Below are positions 13,009 through 23,380 of a stretch of 64,000 nucleotides of DNA, one piece after another; position 1 is the stretch's first letter, and every line of letters starts with the position of its first letter. The position numbers were made by a program, and so were the translations under genes. The notes beneath the pieces were generated by a model that was not told where the DNA came from, did no database searches, and saw only the letters and a list, made by a program, of their open reading frames with translations. The DNA is from Gammaproteobacteria bacterium. Its GTDB lineage: Bacteria > Pseudomonadota > Gammaproteobacteria > Eutrophobiales > Eutrophobiaceae. Location of the stretch: the NCBI GenBank assembly GCA_028279365.1, contig JANQNX010000011.1, positions 16,118-80,117 on the forward strand, written 5' to 3'.

Positions 13009-13782
13009 TTAGTTCTTGATACCAATCCCTTTGTTTAATAGATATAGCGATATCGCAAACAGGATAGTGGTAAAGATCGTCAAAATGGCAAATGCGGTAG
13101 AGATATTAATATCCGATACACCTAACATGCCATAGCGAAACGCGTTCACCATATACAAAATCGGGTTAAAGCTGGATACGGTTTGCCAGATGTCCGGCAA
13201 TAGATTGATTGAATAAAAGACGCCGCCAAGATAGATCAGCGGCGTCAATACAAATGTCGGTATGATAGAGATATCATCAAATTTCTTGGCAAATATCGCG
13301 TTTATCATACCGCCTAATGAGAACAAGATAGATGTCATCACTACCACTGCAATGGTAATGGGCCAGCTATGCACGCTGAGTGTGGTAAAGCACATTGCCA
13401 CCACGGTTACCACAATGCCGACCATAAAGCCCCGGATGACACCCCCTACAACGTAACCCAGTAAAATAATAATATTCGGGATGGGCGCGACCAACATTTC
13501 TTCTATATGGTTTTGAAATTTTGCGCCGAAAAAAGACGAGACAACGTTGGCGTAGGCATTGTTGATAATCGACATCATAATAATACCCGGTGCGATATAG
13601 TTGATGTAATCAATACCGTCCATCTTGCCAATCCTGGAACCGATCAGGCTACCAAAGATAACAAAATATAATGTCATGCTAATTGCTGGTGGGACCAGAG
13701 TCTGCACCCAGATGCGCATAAAGCGTGATATTTCCTTAATCACGATCGTGTTGAACGCAATTAAGATCGGGTGCTTAGTCAT
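13009..13782 (-). CDS. ABC-2 type transporter permease (YadH-like)
   Basis: 257-aa six-TM ABC-2 permease. Its start overlaps the upstream ATPase gene. Confidence 0.8.
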   Translation of the reverse strand: MTKHPILIAFNTIVIKEISRFMRIWVQTLVPPAISMTLYFVIFGSLIGSRIGKMDGIDYINYIAPGIIMMSIINNAYANVVSSFFGAKFQNHIEEMLVAPIPNIIILLGYVVGGVIRGFMVGIVVTVVAMCFTTLSVHSWPITIAVVVMTSILFSLGGMINAIFAKKFDDISIIPTFVLTPLIYLGGVFYSINLLPDIWQTVSSFNPILYMVNAFRYGMLGVSDINISTAFAILTIFTTILFAISLYLLNKGIGIKN

Positions 13783-14686
13783 TGGATAAAATCTTCATAA
13801 ATAATTCTTCCAGTCGGTTTGACTTGTTTCGCATGCTGCATACCTGGATATCTTCAGACGATAATAAGTTGAACAGGGTATTGATATCCTGCTCACGGGC
13901 AATCTCAACTTCAACTGTTTGCTCATCTATCAGGTAAGCGTTAAAGCCATTAAGTATAGGTAAACTAGAAAGAGGTTTTACTAAATCAAGCACAAATGTC
14001 TCTTGATTGAGTTTAGCGAGTAATTTTTTGATTGATGTGTTTTCGATAATCGACCCCTTGTCTATTATCGCAATGTTTTTACACAGTGACTCGGCTTCTT
14101 CCAGGTAGTGTGTGGTTAATACTATGGTAATACCCGATTGATTAATTTCTGTCAGAAACGTCCACATTGATCGACGTAGTTCAACGTCCACGCCAGCAGT
14201 CGGTTCGTCGAGAATTAACATTCGTGGTTCGTGGATGAGTGCCCGAGCAATCATTAACCTTCGCTTCATCCCACCGGACAAATCTCTGGAACGTTCATGG
14301 CGTTTTTCCCACAAGCCGAGTTGGGTTAGATATTTCTCAGCACGCTGCATCGCCAGCTTACGGGTAATGCCGTAGTAGCCGCCCTGGTTGACCACAATCT
14401 CAAGACAGGTTTCAAACTGGGAGAAGTTGATTTCCTGCGGGACAATGCCGATGGCTGCTTTTGCTGCCCGTGTTTCGCTATCGATATTGTGCCCAAATAT
14501 GTTGACTGTACCGGATGTTTTATTGACCAGCCCACAGAGAATGCCAATGATGGTCGATTTACCGGCGCCGTTCGGTCCCAGTAGCGCAAAAAAATCACCT
14601 TCTTCAACGGCAAGATCGACATCACGTAGCGCAACCAGTTTATTGCGATAGGTTTTGTTTAATTGTTTAATTTCCAGCGCTGACAT
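13775..14686 (-). CDS. ABC transporter ATP-binding protein (YadG-like)
   Basis: Walker A GPNGAGKST, signature LSGGMKRR and Walker B LILDEPT. Confidence 0.85.
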   Translation of the reverse strand: MSALEIKQLNKTYRNKLVALRDVDLAVEEGDFFALLGPNGAGKSTIIGILCGLVNKTSGTVNIFGHNIDSETRAAKAAIGIVPQEINFSQFETCLEIVVNQGGYYGITRKLAMQRAEKYLTQLGLWEKRHERSRDLSGGMKRRLMIARALIHEPRMLILDEPTAGVDVELRRSMWTFLTEINQSGITIVLTTHYLEEAESLCKNIAIIDKGSIIENTSIKKLLAKLNQETFVLDLVKPLSSLPILNGFNAYLIDEQTVEVEIAREQDINTLFNLLSSEDIQVCSMRNKSNRLEELFMKILSND

Positions 14687-14771
14687 GCGAAATCAAAAAA
14701 AGATTAACAGACATAAGAGTACTTGATGTACTTCATGATTAGAATAAAAAAGACGACAACAGCGCTCAGAT

Positions 14772-15632
14772 TCAGTGCTTGAGTTTAGCGCGCTCCTTAT
14801 TTTGCGCCTGACCTGCTTTTAACAGGGAAATAGCCAGCGAGCTATCCCGCTTTAAAGCCAGTTTAAAGTATTCCTTAGCGACTTTTATCAGACGTGTTTC
14901 ATCATCAGTACGAACATAGGCATTTCTGCCACCAGAGGATCCTGGCATTAAGGCCTGCTCACCAAAATAATCGCCGGGTTTGAGTTTTGCCAATATATTA
15001 ATCTTGCCATCATCATCCATAACAAACACTTCAACCATGCCGTCTAATACTATGTAGAGATGTTCACCCGGCTCGTTTTCCTTAATCACAAAATCACCCG
15101 GACCCACAGTCATGACTTCGGTCCAGTTGTGATAGTTGTTTAATTCCGGTTCGGTGAGTGATTCAAACAAACGCAATTCGCCCAGCAGTTTCCTGACTTC
15201 GGATTGTTCCGGGCTGAAGGCGGGTACAGTGACATCTTCTGATTCTTCCACACCGCCGATATTGAGTAATACGTGTTTTTTGTTGATACGGAACAGTTTG
15301 CTTGGATGCAACGCGCGAACACTGGCATTTCTTCTGCCGGTACCACCGGGTAGTAAGGACTGTTCACCAAAAAAGTCGCCCGGGCGTAGCGTGGCAATGG
15401 TAATTTCCCTGCCGCCAGAACCGCCACGAATCGAGACCTCAACCGTGCCTTCTAGGATTACATACATACATTCGCCAATTTCTTCTTCGCGAATAATGCG
15501 TTCTTTCATTTCGAACGCTTCATAACCATTGTCCGCTGAATTAATAATACTTTCTAATTCGGCCCGGTTTAGCGATGCAAAGATGGGTACTGCTGCCAAT
15601 AGCTCAGGTTTGATGATGTTCTCGTCGTTCAT
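14772..15632 (-). CDS. Protein with two tandem cyclic-nucleotide-binding (CAP effector) domains and no output domain
   Basis: Two repeats of the FGE..L......R.A.V.A phosphate-binding cassette (FGEQSLL...RRNASVRA and FGEQALM...GRNAYVRT). Confidence 0.75.
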   Translation of the reverse strand: MNDENIIKPELLAAVPIFASLNRAELESIINSADNGYEAFEMKERIIREEEIGECMYVILEGTVEVSIRGGSGGREITIATLRPGDFFGEQSLLPGGTGRRNASVRALHPSKLFRINKKHVLLNIGGVEESEDVTVPAFSPEQSEVRKLLGELRLFESLTEPELNNYHNWTEVMTVGPGDFVIKENEPGEHLYIVLDGMVEVFVMDDDGKINILAKLKPGDYFGEQALMPGSSGGRNAYVRTDDETRLIKVAKEYFKLALKRDSSLAISLLKAGQAQNKERAKLKH

Positions 15633-15776
15633 TGTTAATCTAATCTTTTGCAGTGAATATAGGAAAATCTCGTTATTAAATCCTGATTATAGAGATATTT
15701 TGCAAATGACATCACATGCTGCTGCCAAAATTTGTTAAACAATAACGTTTTTTTACCATTTTTACCGAAACCGGGC

Positions 15777-16169
15777 TTATTTCTGTTCTTCGTTATCATC
15801 GTTCTGTTCTTCAGCCGTTTTACTCGCGGTTTTTTTGCTGGTTTTTTTCTTGCTGATTTTCTTTGTTGCAGATTTAGTCTGCGTTTTTGCTTTCTGTGGC
15901 CACGGGCTAAATGGAAAAGGCCGCTCTTCTGATTTGAACGTAATATAGAGAAGTATTTGCGAGACGTATTGGGTCAGTGAATCGCTGAATTCGAGCAATT
16001 GATCGTTCAGCTCAGTGGTGATTAATTTCATCAAAAACTGGAATATGACCACCAGCCAGATCAGAAAAAACAGGAAGTAAAAGATGACGGCATAGATCAG
16101 TATGAATAAACCCCGGGTCCAGACATCTACGTTTTTGGCGTTTTCTTTAATATCCATGCATTCCTCCAC
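15777..16169 (-). CDS. Small two-TM membrane protein, DUF4389-like, with a Lys/Ser/Thr-rich then acidic C-terminal tail
   Basis: Core WTRGLFIL...IFQFLMKLITTE...ERPFPFSPWP resembles my recollection of DUF4389. Tail is KAKTQTKSATKKISKKKTSKKTASKTAEEQNDDNEEQK. Confidence 0.5.
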   Translation of the reverse strand: MEECMDIKENAKNVDVWTRGLFILIYAVIFYFLFFLIWLVVIFQFLMKLITTELNDQLLEFSDSLTQYVSQILLYITFKSEERPFPFSPWPQKAKTQTKSATKKISKKKTSKKTASKTAEEQNDDNEEQK

Positions 16170-16229
16170 AAGAACTTGCCTGATTGATCGAATTGTAACT
16201 CTTCTAATATGTAGGCAAACCCAGAAAAA

Positions 16230-17165
16230 TCAATCCAGTTCAGTTAAAAAGTAGCTTTTATCAATACAATTATGCAGTGAAGCGAGCTGCGCTTGAAGCA
16301 GATCGATATGGTCATGGAAACCGGATTTAGCCAGTTTCCCAATATCTGTATTGGTATTCAGGCGCTGCAAGCTGGCGATTTCACGCAAAGGTTCATCATT
16401 GTTCGGTAATTCTTCCAGGCATTTTTTCACTTCGTTAATACAGTGTGAGAATGATCGAGGAAACTCCTCGCACTGTAACAAAAATTTCAATACTAACGCG
16501 CCTTTAACGCGGGTTTTGCTGTATTGCCGATACATCTGATAAGCGGTGAGCGATTTTAATACGCTAACCCATTGAATATTGCCAAACGGGGTTAATTCAT
16601 TTTCAAGTTCGGCGATCAGGTTAGCGGAGCGCACATCGATAATCCGTGTGGTCATGTCCGCACGTTCCAGATTACGTCCCAGTCTTAGAAAACAATAACC
16701 TTCATCCTGGCTCATGGTGCCGGCGAGTAGGCCGGTGATTCGGTGTACATCGCCGATGATTGAATTTAAAAAAGCATTGCGCCCGCGTTTACCTAAGGCA
16801 GTGGACATATTATTTTTAATTTTCTGATATAGATCGTTCAATAATTCCCACGATTCTCTGGGGATGATATCGCGGGTTGTACGCACATTTTCTCTGGCGC
16901 GACTAATACACGATAGTATCGAACTGGCATTGTTGGTATCAGCGATAATGAAGCGAATGACGTTTTTCTCATCCGGTTCGTCGTAGTGATCATAAAACAC
17001 ATCATCACCACCGGTGATGGAGATCGTTGATTGCCAGCCAAATGGGATCTTAACCGGTAAATCCATTAACAGGTTTTCATTCACGTTAACGATTCGAGCC
17101 ATGTTCTCAGCCCGCTCCAGGTGCCGTGACATCCAATAAAGTTCTTCTGCTACGCGCGATAGCAT
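16230..17165 (-). CDS. Alpha-E domain protein (DUF403 family)
   Basis: N-terminus MLSRVAEELYWMSRHLERAENMARI is typical of alpha-E proteins. There is a 2-nt gap to the upstream ATP-grasp gene. Confidence 0.75.
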   Translation of the reverse strand: MLSRVAEELYWMSRHLERAENMARIVNVNENLLMDLPVKIPFGWQSTISITGGDDVFYDHYDEPDEKNVIRFIIADTNNASSILSCISRARENVRTTRDIIPRESWELLNDLYQKIKNNMSTALGKRGRNAFLNSIIGDVHRITGLLAGTMSQDEGYCFLRLGRNLERADMTTRIIDVRSANLIAELENELTPFGNIQWVSVLKSLTAYQMYRQYSKTRVKGALVLKFLLQCEEFPRSFSHCINEVKKCLEELPNNDEPLREIASLQRLNTNTDIGKLAKSGFHDHIDLLQAQLASLHNCIDKSYFLTELD

Positions 17166-17167
17166 CT

Positions 17168-18619
17168 TTATTTACCACTCATATCTACGATCCAGGTATC
17201 TTTACTGCCGCCTCCCTGAGACGAGTTGACCACGATTGAGTTCTTCTTTAATGCCACCCTGGTCAATCCACCCATAGTGACATGAGTTTGTTGACCGGAC
17301 AGGATAAATGGTCTTAAGTCCAGGTGGCGCGGTTCGAGTTTGTCACCGATCAAGGTTGGCGCGGTAGAAAGATTAATCATCGGTTGTGCAACGTATTCGC
17401 GTGGGTTCTTTTTGATCATACGCGCCATTGCCGCCCGTTCTTTCTTGGTCGATTTAGGCCCGATTAACATACCGTAGCCGCCTGCTTCATTAGCCGGTTT
17501 GACCACCAATTTATCCAGGTTTTTCAGCACGTGATCGAGATCGTTTTCCCGATAGCAAAGATAAGTCGGTACGTTATTTAGTATTGAATCTTGGTCAAGA
17601 TAATATTTAATAATCTCAGGGACAAATGCATACAGCACTTTATCATCAGCGACACCGCAGCCAGGTGCATTAGCAAGGGTCACATTGCCTTTTTTCCAGG
17701 CGCGCATTAAGCCTTTCACGCCTAGGGTAGAGTCTTTGTAGAACACTTCAGGGTCGAGAAACATATCGTCAATACGACGATAGACCACATCGACTTTTTC
17801 CAAGCCATCAATGGTACGCATATAAACACAATCATCGTCACCGACAAGCAAATCCCGTCCTTCGACCAGTTCAACACCCATTTGTTGAGCAAGATAGGCA
17901 TGTTCAAAATACGCGGAATTGTAAACACCCGGTGTCAGTACCACGACTTCAGGATATTCTTCAGGTTGTGGAGAGACTGATGCTAATGTGTCAAAAAGTT
18001 GCGAGGGATAGTCATCTACTGGTTGGATTCGATACATCTCAAACAGGTCGGGAAATATGCGCTTGGATACCAGTCTGTTTTCCAACATGTAAGACACGCC
18101 AGAAGGGACTCTGAGATTGTCCTCTAAGACATAATATTTCCCATCTTTATCGCGAATGACATCACTACCGCAGATATGTGCCCAGATTCCCAGAGGCGGT
18201 TTGACTCCAATAGACTGTTTGCGAAAGTTTTTTGAACCCTCGATTAAAAAGCGGGGGACAACTTTGTCTTTCAGAATTCGTTGCTCACTATACAGGTCGC
18301 TGATGAACATATTGAGTGCATCAACGCGCTGTTTTAAGCCGGCCTGCAGAGTTTCCCATTCTTTCATGTTGATGATTCTGGGAATAATATCGAATGGCCA
18401 AATAGTCTCAACGCGACCCTGCTCATTGTATACCGTGTAGGTTACCCCCATCACGGTAATGGCCAGATCAGAGGCGGCCTTTCTTTCTTGCAAATCAGCT
18501 GTTGACAATGATTTGAGATATTTACTTAACTGTCGTGCATGAGCACGAGGCACACCTGCCTGCGTGATTAGTTCATCGTAGCAATCGTCATTTCCGTATT
18601 CTTTCCAGTTAATTGTCAT
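17168..18619 (-). CDS. Circularly permuted ATP-grasp superfamily protein (type 2, DUF404/DUF407)
   Basis: 483 aa. Size and pairing with an alpha-E gene match the family predicted to make or modify peptides. The call rests on context plus overall sequence character. Confidence 0.75.
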   Translation of the reverse strand: MTINWKEYGNDDCYDELITQAGVPRAHARQLSKYLKSLSTADLQERKAASDLAITVMGVTYTVYNEQGRVETIWPFDIIPRIINMKEWETLQAGLKQRVDALNMFISDLYSEQRILKDKVVPRFLIEGSKNFRKQSIGVKPPLGIWAHICGSDVIRDKDGKYYVLEDNLRVPSGVSYMLENRLVSKRIFPDLFEMYRIQPVDDYPSQLFDTLASVSPQPEEYPEVVVLTPGVYNSAYFEHAYLAQQMGVELVEGRDLLVGDDDCVYMRTIDGLEKVDVVYRRIDDMFLDPEVFYKDSTLGVKGLMRAWKKGNVTLANAPGCGVADDKVLYAFVPEIIKYYLDQDSILNNVPTYLCYRENDLDHVLKNLDKLVVKPANEAGGYGMLIGPKSTKKERAAMARMIKKNPREYVAQPMINLSTAPTLIGDKLEPRHLDLRPFILSGQQTHVTMGGLTRVALKKNSIVVNSSQGGGSKDTWIVDMSGK

Positions 18620-18852
18620 TGCAATTTTCAGTGATTAGCAATCCGTGAACATAATAGGTAAAAAATATTACCAATAGATTTGTAATTTGTTCCTAAGCCG
18701 GCTCAGTGATGATACAGCTGAAGGGCTTGTCCGAGGCAGCAATAGCATGTTTTTCTATCCCTCGACTAACTCGGATGTTGCTGAATTTTATCACATTATC
18801 CGTCTCATTTCTGTGCTACTCTCTATGCAGAGATTTGAATCAGTGAACACCA

Positions 18853-19125
18853 ATGGATCATTCAGAGCAAGATAGTATTATGGAATTTCCTTGCCAGTTC
18901 CCTATTAAAGTAATGGGAATGGCTGAGGAAAATTTCGACTTGTTGGTGGTGGATATTGTTCGTCGCCATGCGCCAGATATAGCAGAGGGCGCGGTAAAAA
19001 GCCGAAAGAGTGGTAAAGGAAACTATGTATCAATCACCGTTACTGTCAATGCAACCAGCAAACAACAGCTTGATAATATTTACCTGGAATTAACCTCGCA
19101 TGAAAAAGTACTGATGGCATTATGA
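18853..19125 (+). CDS. ybeD: YbeD/UPF0250 (DUF493) small protein
   Basis: EFPCQFPIKVMG...SKGNYVSITVTVNAT aligns with E. coli YbeD (EFPTPFTYKVMG...SKGNYHSVSITINAT). It precedes lipB. Confidence 0.8.
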   Translation: MDHSEQDSIMEFPCQFPIKVMGMAEENFDLLVVDIVRRHAPDIAEGAVKSRKSGKGNYVSITVTVNATSKQQLDNIYLELTSHEKVLMAL

Positions 19126-19772
19126 GTATAGAGATTAAACAGTTTGGTGTGCTGGATTATGAACAGACGTATCAGAGAATGCGTGAGTTGACTGATGACA
19201 GGATCCAGCATAAATCATCAAATGCACAGCCTGATGCAATCTGGTTACTGCAACATGCGCCAGTCTATACCTTAGGTTTGGCTGGCAAACCAGAACACCT
19301 GCTTGATACCGGGGACATTCCGGTCATTGAGACTGATCGGGGCGGGCAGGTGACGTATCATGGCCCTGGACAATTAGTTGCTTACTTAATGTTAAATCTT
19401 AACGGGCGGCCCTATTACATAAAGAAAATGGTGGCTTTCATCGAACAAGCCATCATTGATTATCTTAACGAGCTAGGGATTGATGCAGCTAGAAAAGAAA
19501 AGGCGCCAGGAGTGTATGTAGAAGGTAAAAAGATTGCAGCGCTGGGTGTTCGGGTACGAAGAGGCTTTACCTATCATGGTTTAGCCTTGAATGTCGATAT
19601 GGACTTAAGCCCGTTTAATGGTATTAATCCATGTGGTTATCCGGGGCTGGAATGTACCCAAATCAAACATTACAAAAAGGATGTGCTAATAGCGGACGTG
19701 ATGAACCGTTTATCTGAATTTCTTTTAAAGTATCTTGATCAGTCTGAATATCTATTCTCAGACGTTGCCTAG
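19122..19772 (+). CDS. lipB: Octanoyltransferase
   Basis: [14 protein letters not shown] motif. Lies next to lipA. Confidence 0.93.
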   Translation: MSIEIKQFGVLDYEQTYQRMRELTDDRIQHKSSNAQPDAIWLLQHAPVYTLGLAGKPEHLLDTGDIPVIETDRGGQVTYHGPGQLVAYLMLNLNGRPYYIKKMVAFIEQAIIDYLNELGIDAARKEKAPGVYVEGKKIAALGVRVRRGFTYHGLALNVDMDLSPFNGINPCGYPGLECTQIKHYKKDVLIADVMNRLSEFLLKYLDQSEYLFSDVA

Positions 19773-19780
19773 AGACTACT

Positions 19781-20746
19781 ATGTATCAAAATAGTCAATA
19801 TCAAAAACCGGATCCGGAAAAGCGTGGCAAATTAAAAACCGATAAGCTTCCTATCAAGGTTGTTGCTGTTGATAATAAACATAAACGAAAACCGGATTGG
19901 ATAAAAGCCAAGGCGCCCATCGATAAGAAAGTATTAGAGTTAAAAAAGCTTATTCGCGATAAACAATTGCATACCGTTTGCGAGGAAGCGTCATGTCCCA
20001 ATATTGGTGAATGCTTCGGGCATGGCACTGCGACATTTATGATCATGGGTGATATTTGTACTCGTCGTTGTCCGTTTTGTGATGTTGCCCATGGCAAGCC
20101 AAAACCATTGGATAAAGAGGAACCCATAAACCTTGCTAATGCGATTCAGTTAATGAAGCTAAAGTATGTCGTGATTACCTCAGTTGATCGCGATGACTTG
20201 CCTGATCGTGGCGCGAGCCATTTTGTTGAATGTATTCGTGCGATAAGAGATAAATGCCCGATGACGAAGGTAGAAATTTTAGTGCCGGACTTCCGTTATC
20301 GAATAGATAAAGCGCTTGATATACTGGCAACTTGTCCGCCTGATGTCCTGAATCATAACCTTGAATCGGTACCTCGACTGTATAAACAAGTACGTCCTGC
20401 TGCTGATTATCAAGAATCATTAAGCCTTATTCGAAAGTTTAAACAGCGCCATCAACACATCCCGACTAAATCCGGTTTAATGTTAGGTCTGGGCGAGACG
20501 ATTGATGAAGTAAAACAGGTACTGGAAGACCTGCGCGAACACCAATGTGACATGTTAACAATTGGTCAGTATTTACAGCCGAGTAACTACCATCATCCCG
20601 TCGAGCGTTTTGTCCATCCTGATGAATTTGCGAGCCTGGCCGAATTTGCTAATGAGTTGGGTTTTAAAAATGTGGCCAGTGCACCGATGGTGCGTTCTTC
20701 CTATCATGCTGATTTGCAGGCTGCGGGTAAAGAACTACAAGAATAG
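19781..20746 (+). CDS. lipA: Lipoyl synthase (radical SAM)
   Basis: [12 protein letters not shown] auxiliary-cluster motif and CTRRCPFC radical-SAM motif. Confidence 0.96.
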   Translation: MYQNSQYQKPDPEKRGKLKTDKLPIKVVAVDNKHKRKPDWIKAKAPIDKKVLELKKLIRDKQLHTVCEEASCPNIGECFGHGTATFMIMGDICTRRCPFCDVAHGKPKPLDKEEPINLANAIQLMKLKYVVITSVDRDDLPDRGASHFVECIRAIRDKCPMTKVEILVPDFRYRIDKALDILATCPPDVLNHNLESVPRLYKQVRPAADYQESLSLIRKFKQRHQHIPTKSGLMLGLGETIDEVKQVLEDLREHQCDMLTIGQYLQPSNYHHPVERFVHPDEFASLAEFANELGFKNVASAPMVRSSYHADLQAAGKELQE

Positions 20747-20764
20747 TCATTTCCGTCGCTAATA

Positions 20765-21535
20765 ATGAGTGCTTCTCTGGTCGGAATTATCAAAGCGTTA
20801 ATATTGCCACCAGGCATATTACTAGTACTTTTCTTTCTGTGTATTTGCCTATACCTCAAGAGAAATAAACTGTTTAGCTATTTCTTCATTTCAAATTGTT
20901 TACTGTTTTACCTTTTTTCTATGCCAGCATTTAGCCATTATTTATCATCGTTATTTGAACCTGATAAAGCCTTAACTACAGATAATATTGAAAAAGAGGC
21001 TGGAGCGATTGTTATACTGGGCTGTGGACGTTATGCGAATGCCCCCGAGTATGGTGATCAAGATACACTATCTTCGTGTGGTTTGGTTAGGCTTCGATTT
21101 GCTTCATTGCTTCAATCCAAAATGGATTTGCCAATCTTTGTCTCGGGAGGAAGTGTCCACGGAGAAGCAGTATCAGAAGCTGAACTTATGCAAAATGTAT
21201 TAGTTAACGAATGGGGAGCTGAAAACGTATTGCTGGAAAAAGCTAGCGTTAATACTATCGAGAATGCCGATTACACTTCTGCTTTCTTAAAAAAACAAAA
21301 TATCAACACAATACTTCTTGTGACCCATGCCATTCATATTAAAAGGGCAAAATATTTATTTGAAAGAAGTGGGCTGAAAGTAATTCCTGCCCCGACGTAT
21401 TTTTATTCTGTCCCAGATAGCAAAAAATATTTTTTTAATTTCATACCGTCAATGAGCGCTTTAAATATTACTACTACGGTTTTTTATGAAATGCTTGGTT
21501 ATTTATGGGTGAGGATTAAAACCTATGAATTCTAA
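20765..21535 (+). CDS. DUF218 (YdcF/ElyC/SanA-like) membrane-anchored protein
   Basis: N-terminal TM helices followed by AIVILGCG...VSGG...NTIENA...LLVTHAIHIKRA, typical of DUF218. Confidence 0.7.
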   Translation: MSASLVGIIKALILPPGILLVLFFLCICLYLKRNKLFSYFFISNCLLFYLFSMPAFSHYLSSLFEPDKALTTDNIEKEAGAIVILGCGRYANAPEYGDQDTLSSCGLVRLRFASLLQSKMDLPIFVSGGSVHGEAVSEAELMQNVLVNEWGAENVLLEKASVNTIENADYTSAFLKKQNINTILLVTHAIHIKRAKYLFERSGLKVIPAPTYFYSVPDSKKYFFNFIPSMSALNITTTVFYEMLGYLWVRIKTYEF

Positions 21536-22400
21536 AGGAATTCAATATGTATGTATAAACTGTGAAAATACATTGAAATCTTTGGAAGAAGAATGGTTGT
21601 GGCATTGTCAAAGTTGCGGTCTGGATGTGTCGTTATTAGATAATGAAAAATACAATGGTAAAGACGTGATAGGTTGGACAGAAAGTGCCAGCCTTTTTTT
21701 GAAGGAGCTACGAGAAAATAACGCCTGTAAGTTACTTGATTTGTTATCTCAATATACAGATTTAAAAGGGAAAAAACTGTTGGATATAGGTTGTGCTGCC
21801 GGTTGGTTTTTGTCAGTTGCTGAAAAATATCAATTAATTGCGATAGGCATAGAACCGGACACTGGTATTGCGCAAAAGGGCCTTGATAAAGGACTTGATA
21901 TCAAAACAGCGATATTTCCTGACGAAAGCATTATCGATAGTAAATTTGATATCGTTACCTTTAATGACGTATTCGAACATATTAAAGAACCTTTTACTAT
22001 TTTGTCTGATGTGCATCAGCAACTAAATGAAGATGGTTATTTAATAATAAATTTGCCTACGTCTGATGGCTTTATATATAGACTCTCCAGGTTCTTGTCT
22101 AAGCTATGTTACAAACCGCTATTTCATAGGCTGTGGCAAAAAGGTTATGTTAGTCCGCATCTTTACTACTATTCAAATACCAATCTCAAATCATTAGTAG
22201 AAAAGTGTGGATTTAAACTTGTTGCCAAAGATCATCTTGATATTTTACAAATAAAGAATCTTTATCAGAGAATAAATCATGAGGGAAAGATTAATAGAAT
22301 CGTATCAAGCACGCTTTATTTTTCTATTATCTTGGTATATCCGTTGTATAAATATGTGTTACCTCCAGATATTATGGTTCATATATACAGAAAAGATTAA
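21525..22400 (+). CDS. Class I SAM-dependent methyltransferase with N-terminal CxxC...CxxC zinc ribbon
   Basis: CINC...CQSC at the N-terminus. Motif I is LLDIGCAAGWF. Confidence 0.7.
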   Translation: MNSKGIQYVCINCENTLKSLEEEWLWHCQSCGLDVSLLDNEKYNGKDVIGWTESASLFLKELRENNACKLLDLLSQYTDLKGKKLLDIGCAAGWFLSVAEKYQLIAIGIEPDTGIAQKGLDKGLDIKTAIFPDESIIDSKFDIVTFNDVFEHIKEPFTILSDVHQQLNEDGYLIINLPTSDGFIYRLSRFLSKLCYKPLFHRLWQKGYVSPHLYYYSNTNLKSLVEKCGFKLVAKDHLDILQIKNLYQRINHEGKINRIVSSTLYFSIILVYPLYKYVLPPDIMVHIYRKD

Positions 22401-22418
22401 TCAATCTAATTAGCTATT

Positions 22419-23369
22419 ATGTTTTTACCCGCAGATTGTCCAGAATGGGATAATGTCGTCGCTTCGGCATATTCATTAAAAAAACAGACTATTGAGTATG
22501 ATGGCGTAAGTTTTAAGCTATTTTCGATTAAAAAAAAACCAGCCTTTTATACTAATGCGCCTTATTTGGACTCAGGTGGATTAACTTTTGATGATGATCA
22601 ATTGCCAGAAGAATTATCACAACAGCTTTATAAGTTGATCGAAAAACATCATTTAAAGTATGTGCTTTTGAAATCTTATCAAAAATTAAATCTTAACTAT
22701 CCTGGGTACTATTGTATAGATGAAGGTTATTGCACTTTCGTTCTTGATACCAAAAGCGGAATTGATGATATATGGAAAAAAAAGTTAAAAGCAAAAACGA
22801 GAAACCAAATCAGAAAAGCTGAAAAGTATGGTTTCAATGTAAGAATTGGATATACAGAGTTATTGGACGACTTCTATCGGGTAATATCTCGTTGTTGGCG
22901 TGATCTTGGTACACCTTCCCACAGCTTTGATTTTTACAGCATTATTCTCGAAGAATTCTCAAACAAAGCCATGATTATTGTCCTGTATGATAAAGAAATA
23001 CCCGTATCTACATCTATGATTTTTAATATTGATGGTGTAGTTTCTAATCCATTTGCGGGCACTTTAAATCAATATAAACCCACATCTGTAAATAACTTAC
23101 TGTATTGGACTATTATAAAACTGGCTTGTGATAGTAGTGCATCATATTTTGATATGGGCAGAAGCCGTATCAATCAGGGGACATATAATTTTAAAAAATC
23201 CTGGGGTGGAGATATTAACAGCCTTTACTATCATTATTTTTTTCATAAAAAACAAAGTGTGCCTTCTTACGATACGCGATTCCTGAGAATGGCGACTTCT
23301 ATGTGGAAATTAATGCCTTTAACTTTGGCAAAGTTATTTGGTCCATATCTAATTTATAGAGTTCTATAA
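22419..23369 (+). CDS. FemAB-like (tandem GNAT fold) putative aminoacyl-tRNA-dependent transferase
   Basis: 316 aa. Length and sequence character resemble the FemAB-related proteins that pair with DUF3473-type deacetylases in polysaccharide loci. Not verified by search. Confidence 0.55.
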   Translation: MFLPADCPEWDNVVASAYSLKKQTIEYDGVSFKLFSIKKKPAFYTNAPYLDSGGLTFDDDQLPEELSQQLYKLIEKHHLKYVLLKSYQKLNLNYPGYYCIDEGYCTFVLDTKSGIDDIWKKKLKAKTRNQIRKAEKYGFNVRIGYTELLDDFYRVISRCWRDLGTPSHSFDFYSIILEEFSNKAMIIVLYDKEIPVSTSMIFNIDGVVSNPFAGTLNQYKPTSVNNLLYWTIIKLACDSSASYFDMGRSRINQGTYNFKKSWGGDINSLYYHYFFHKKQSVPSYDTRFLRMATSMWKLMPLTLAKLFGPYLIYRVL

Positions 23370-23380
23370 AATAAACTGTA

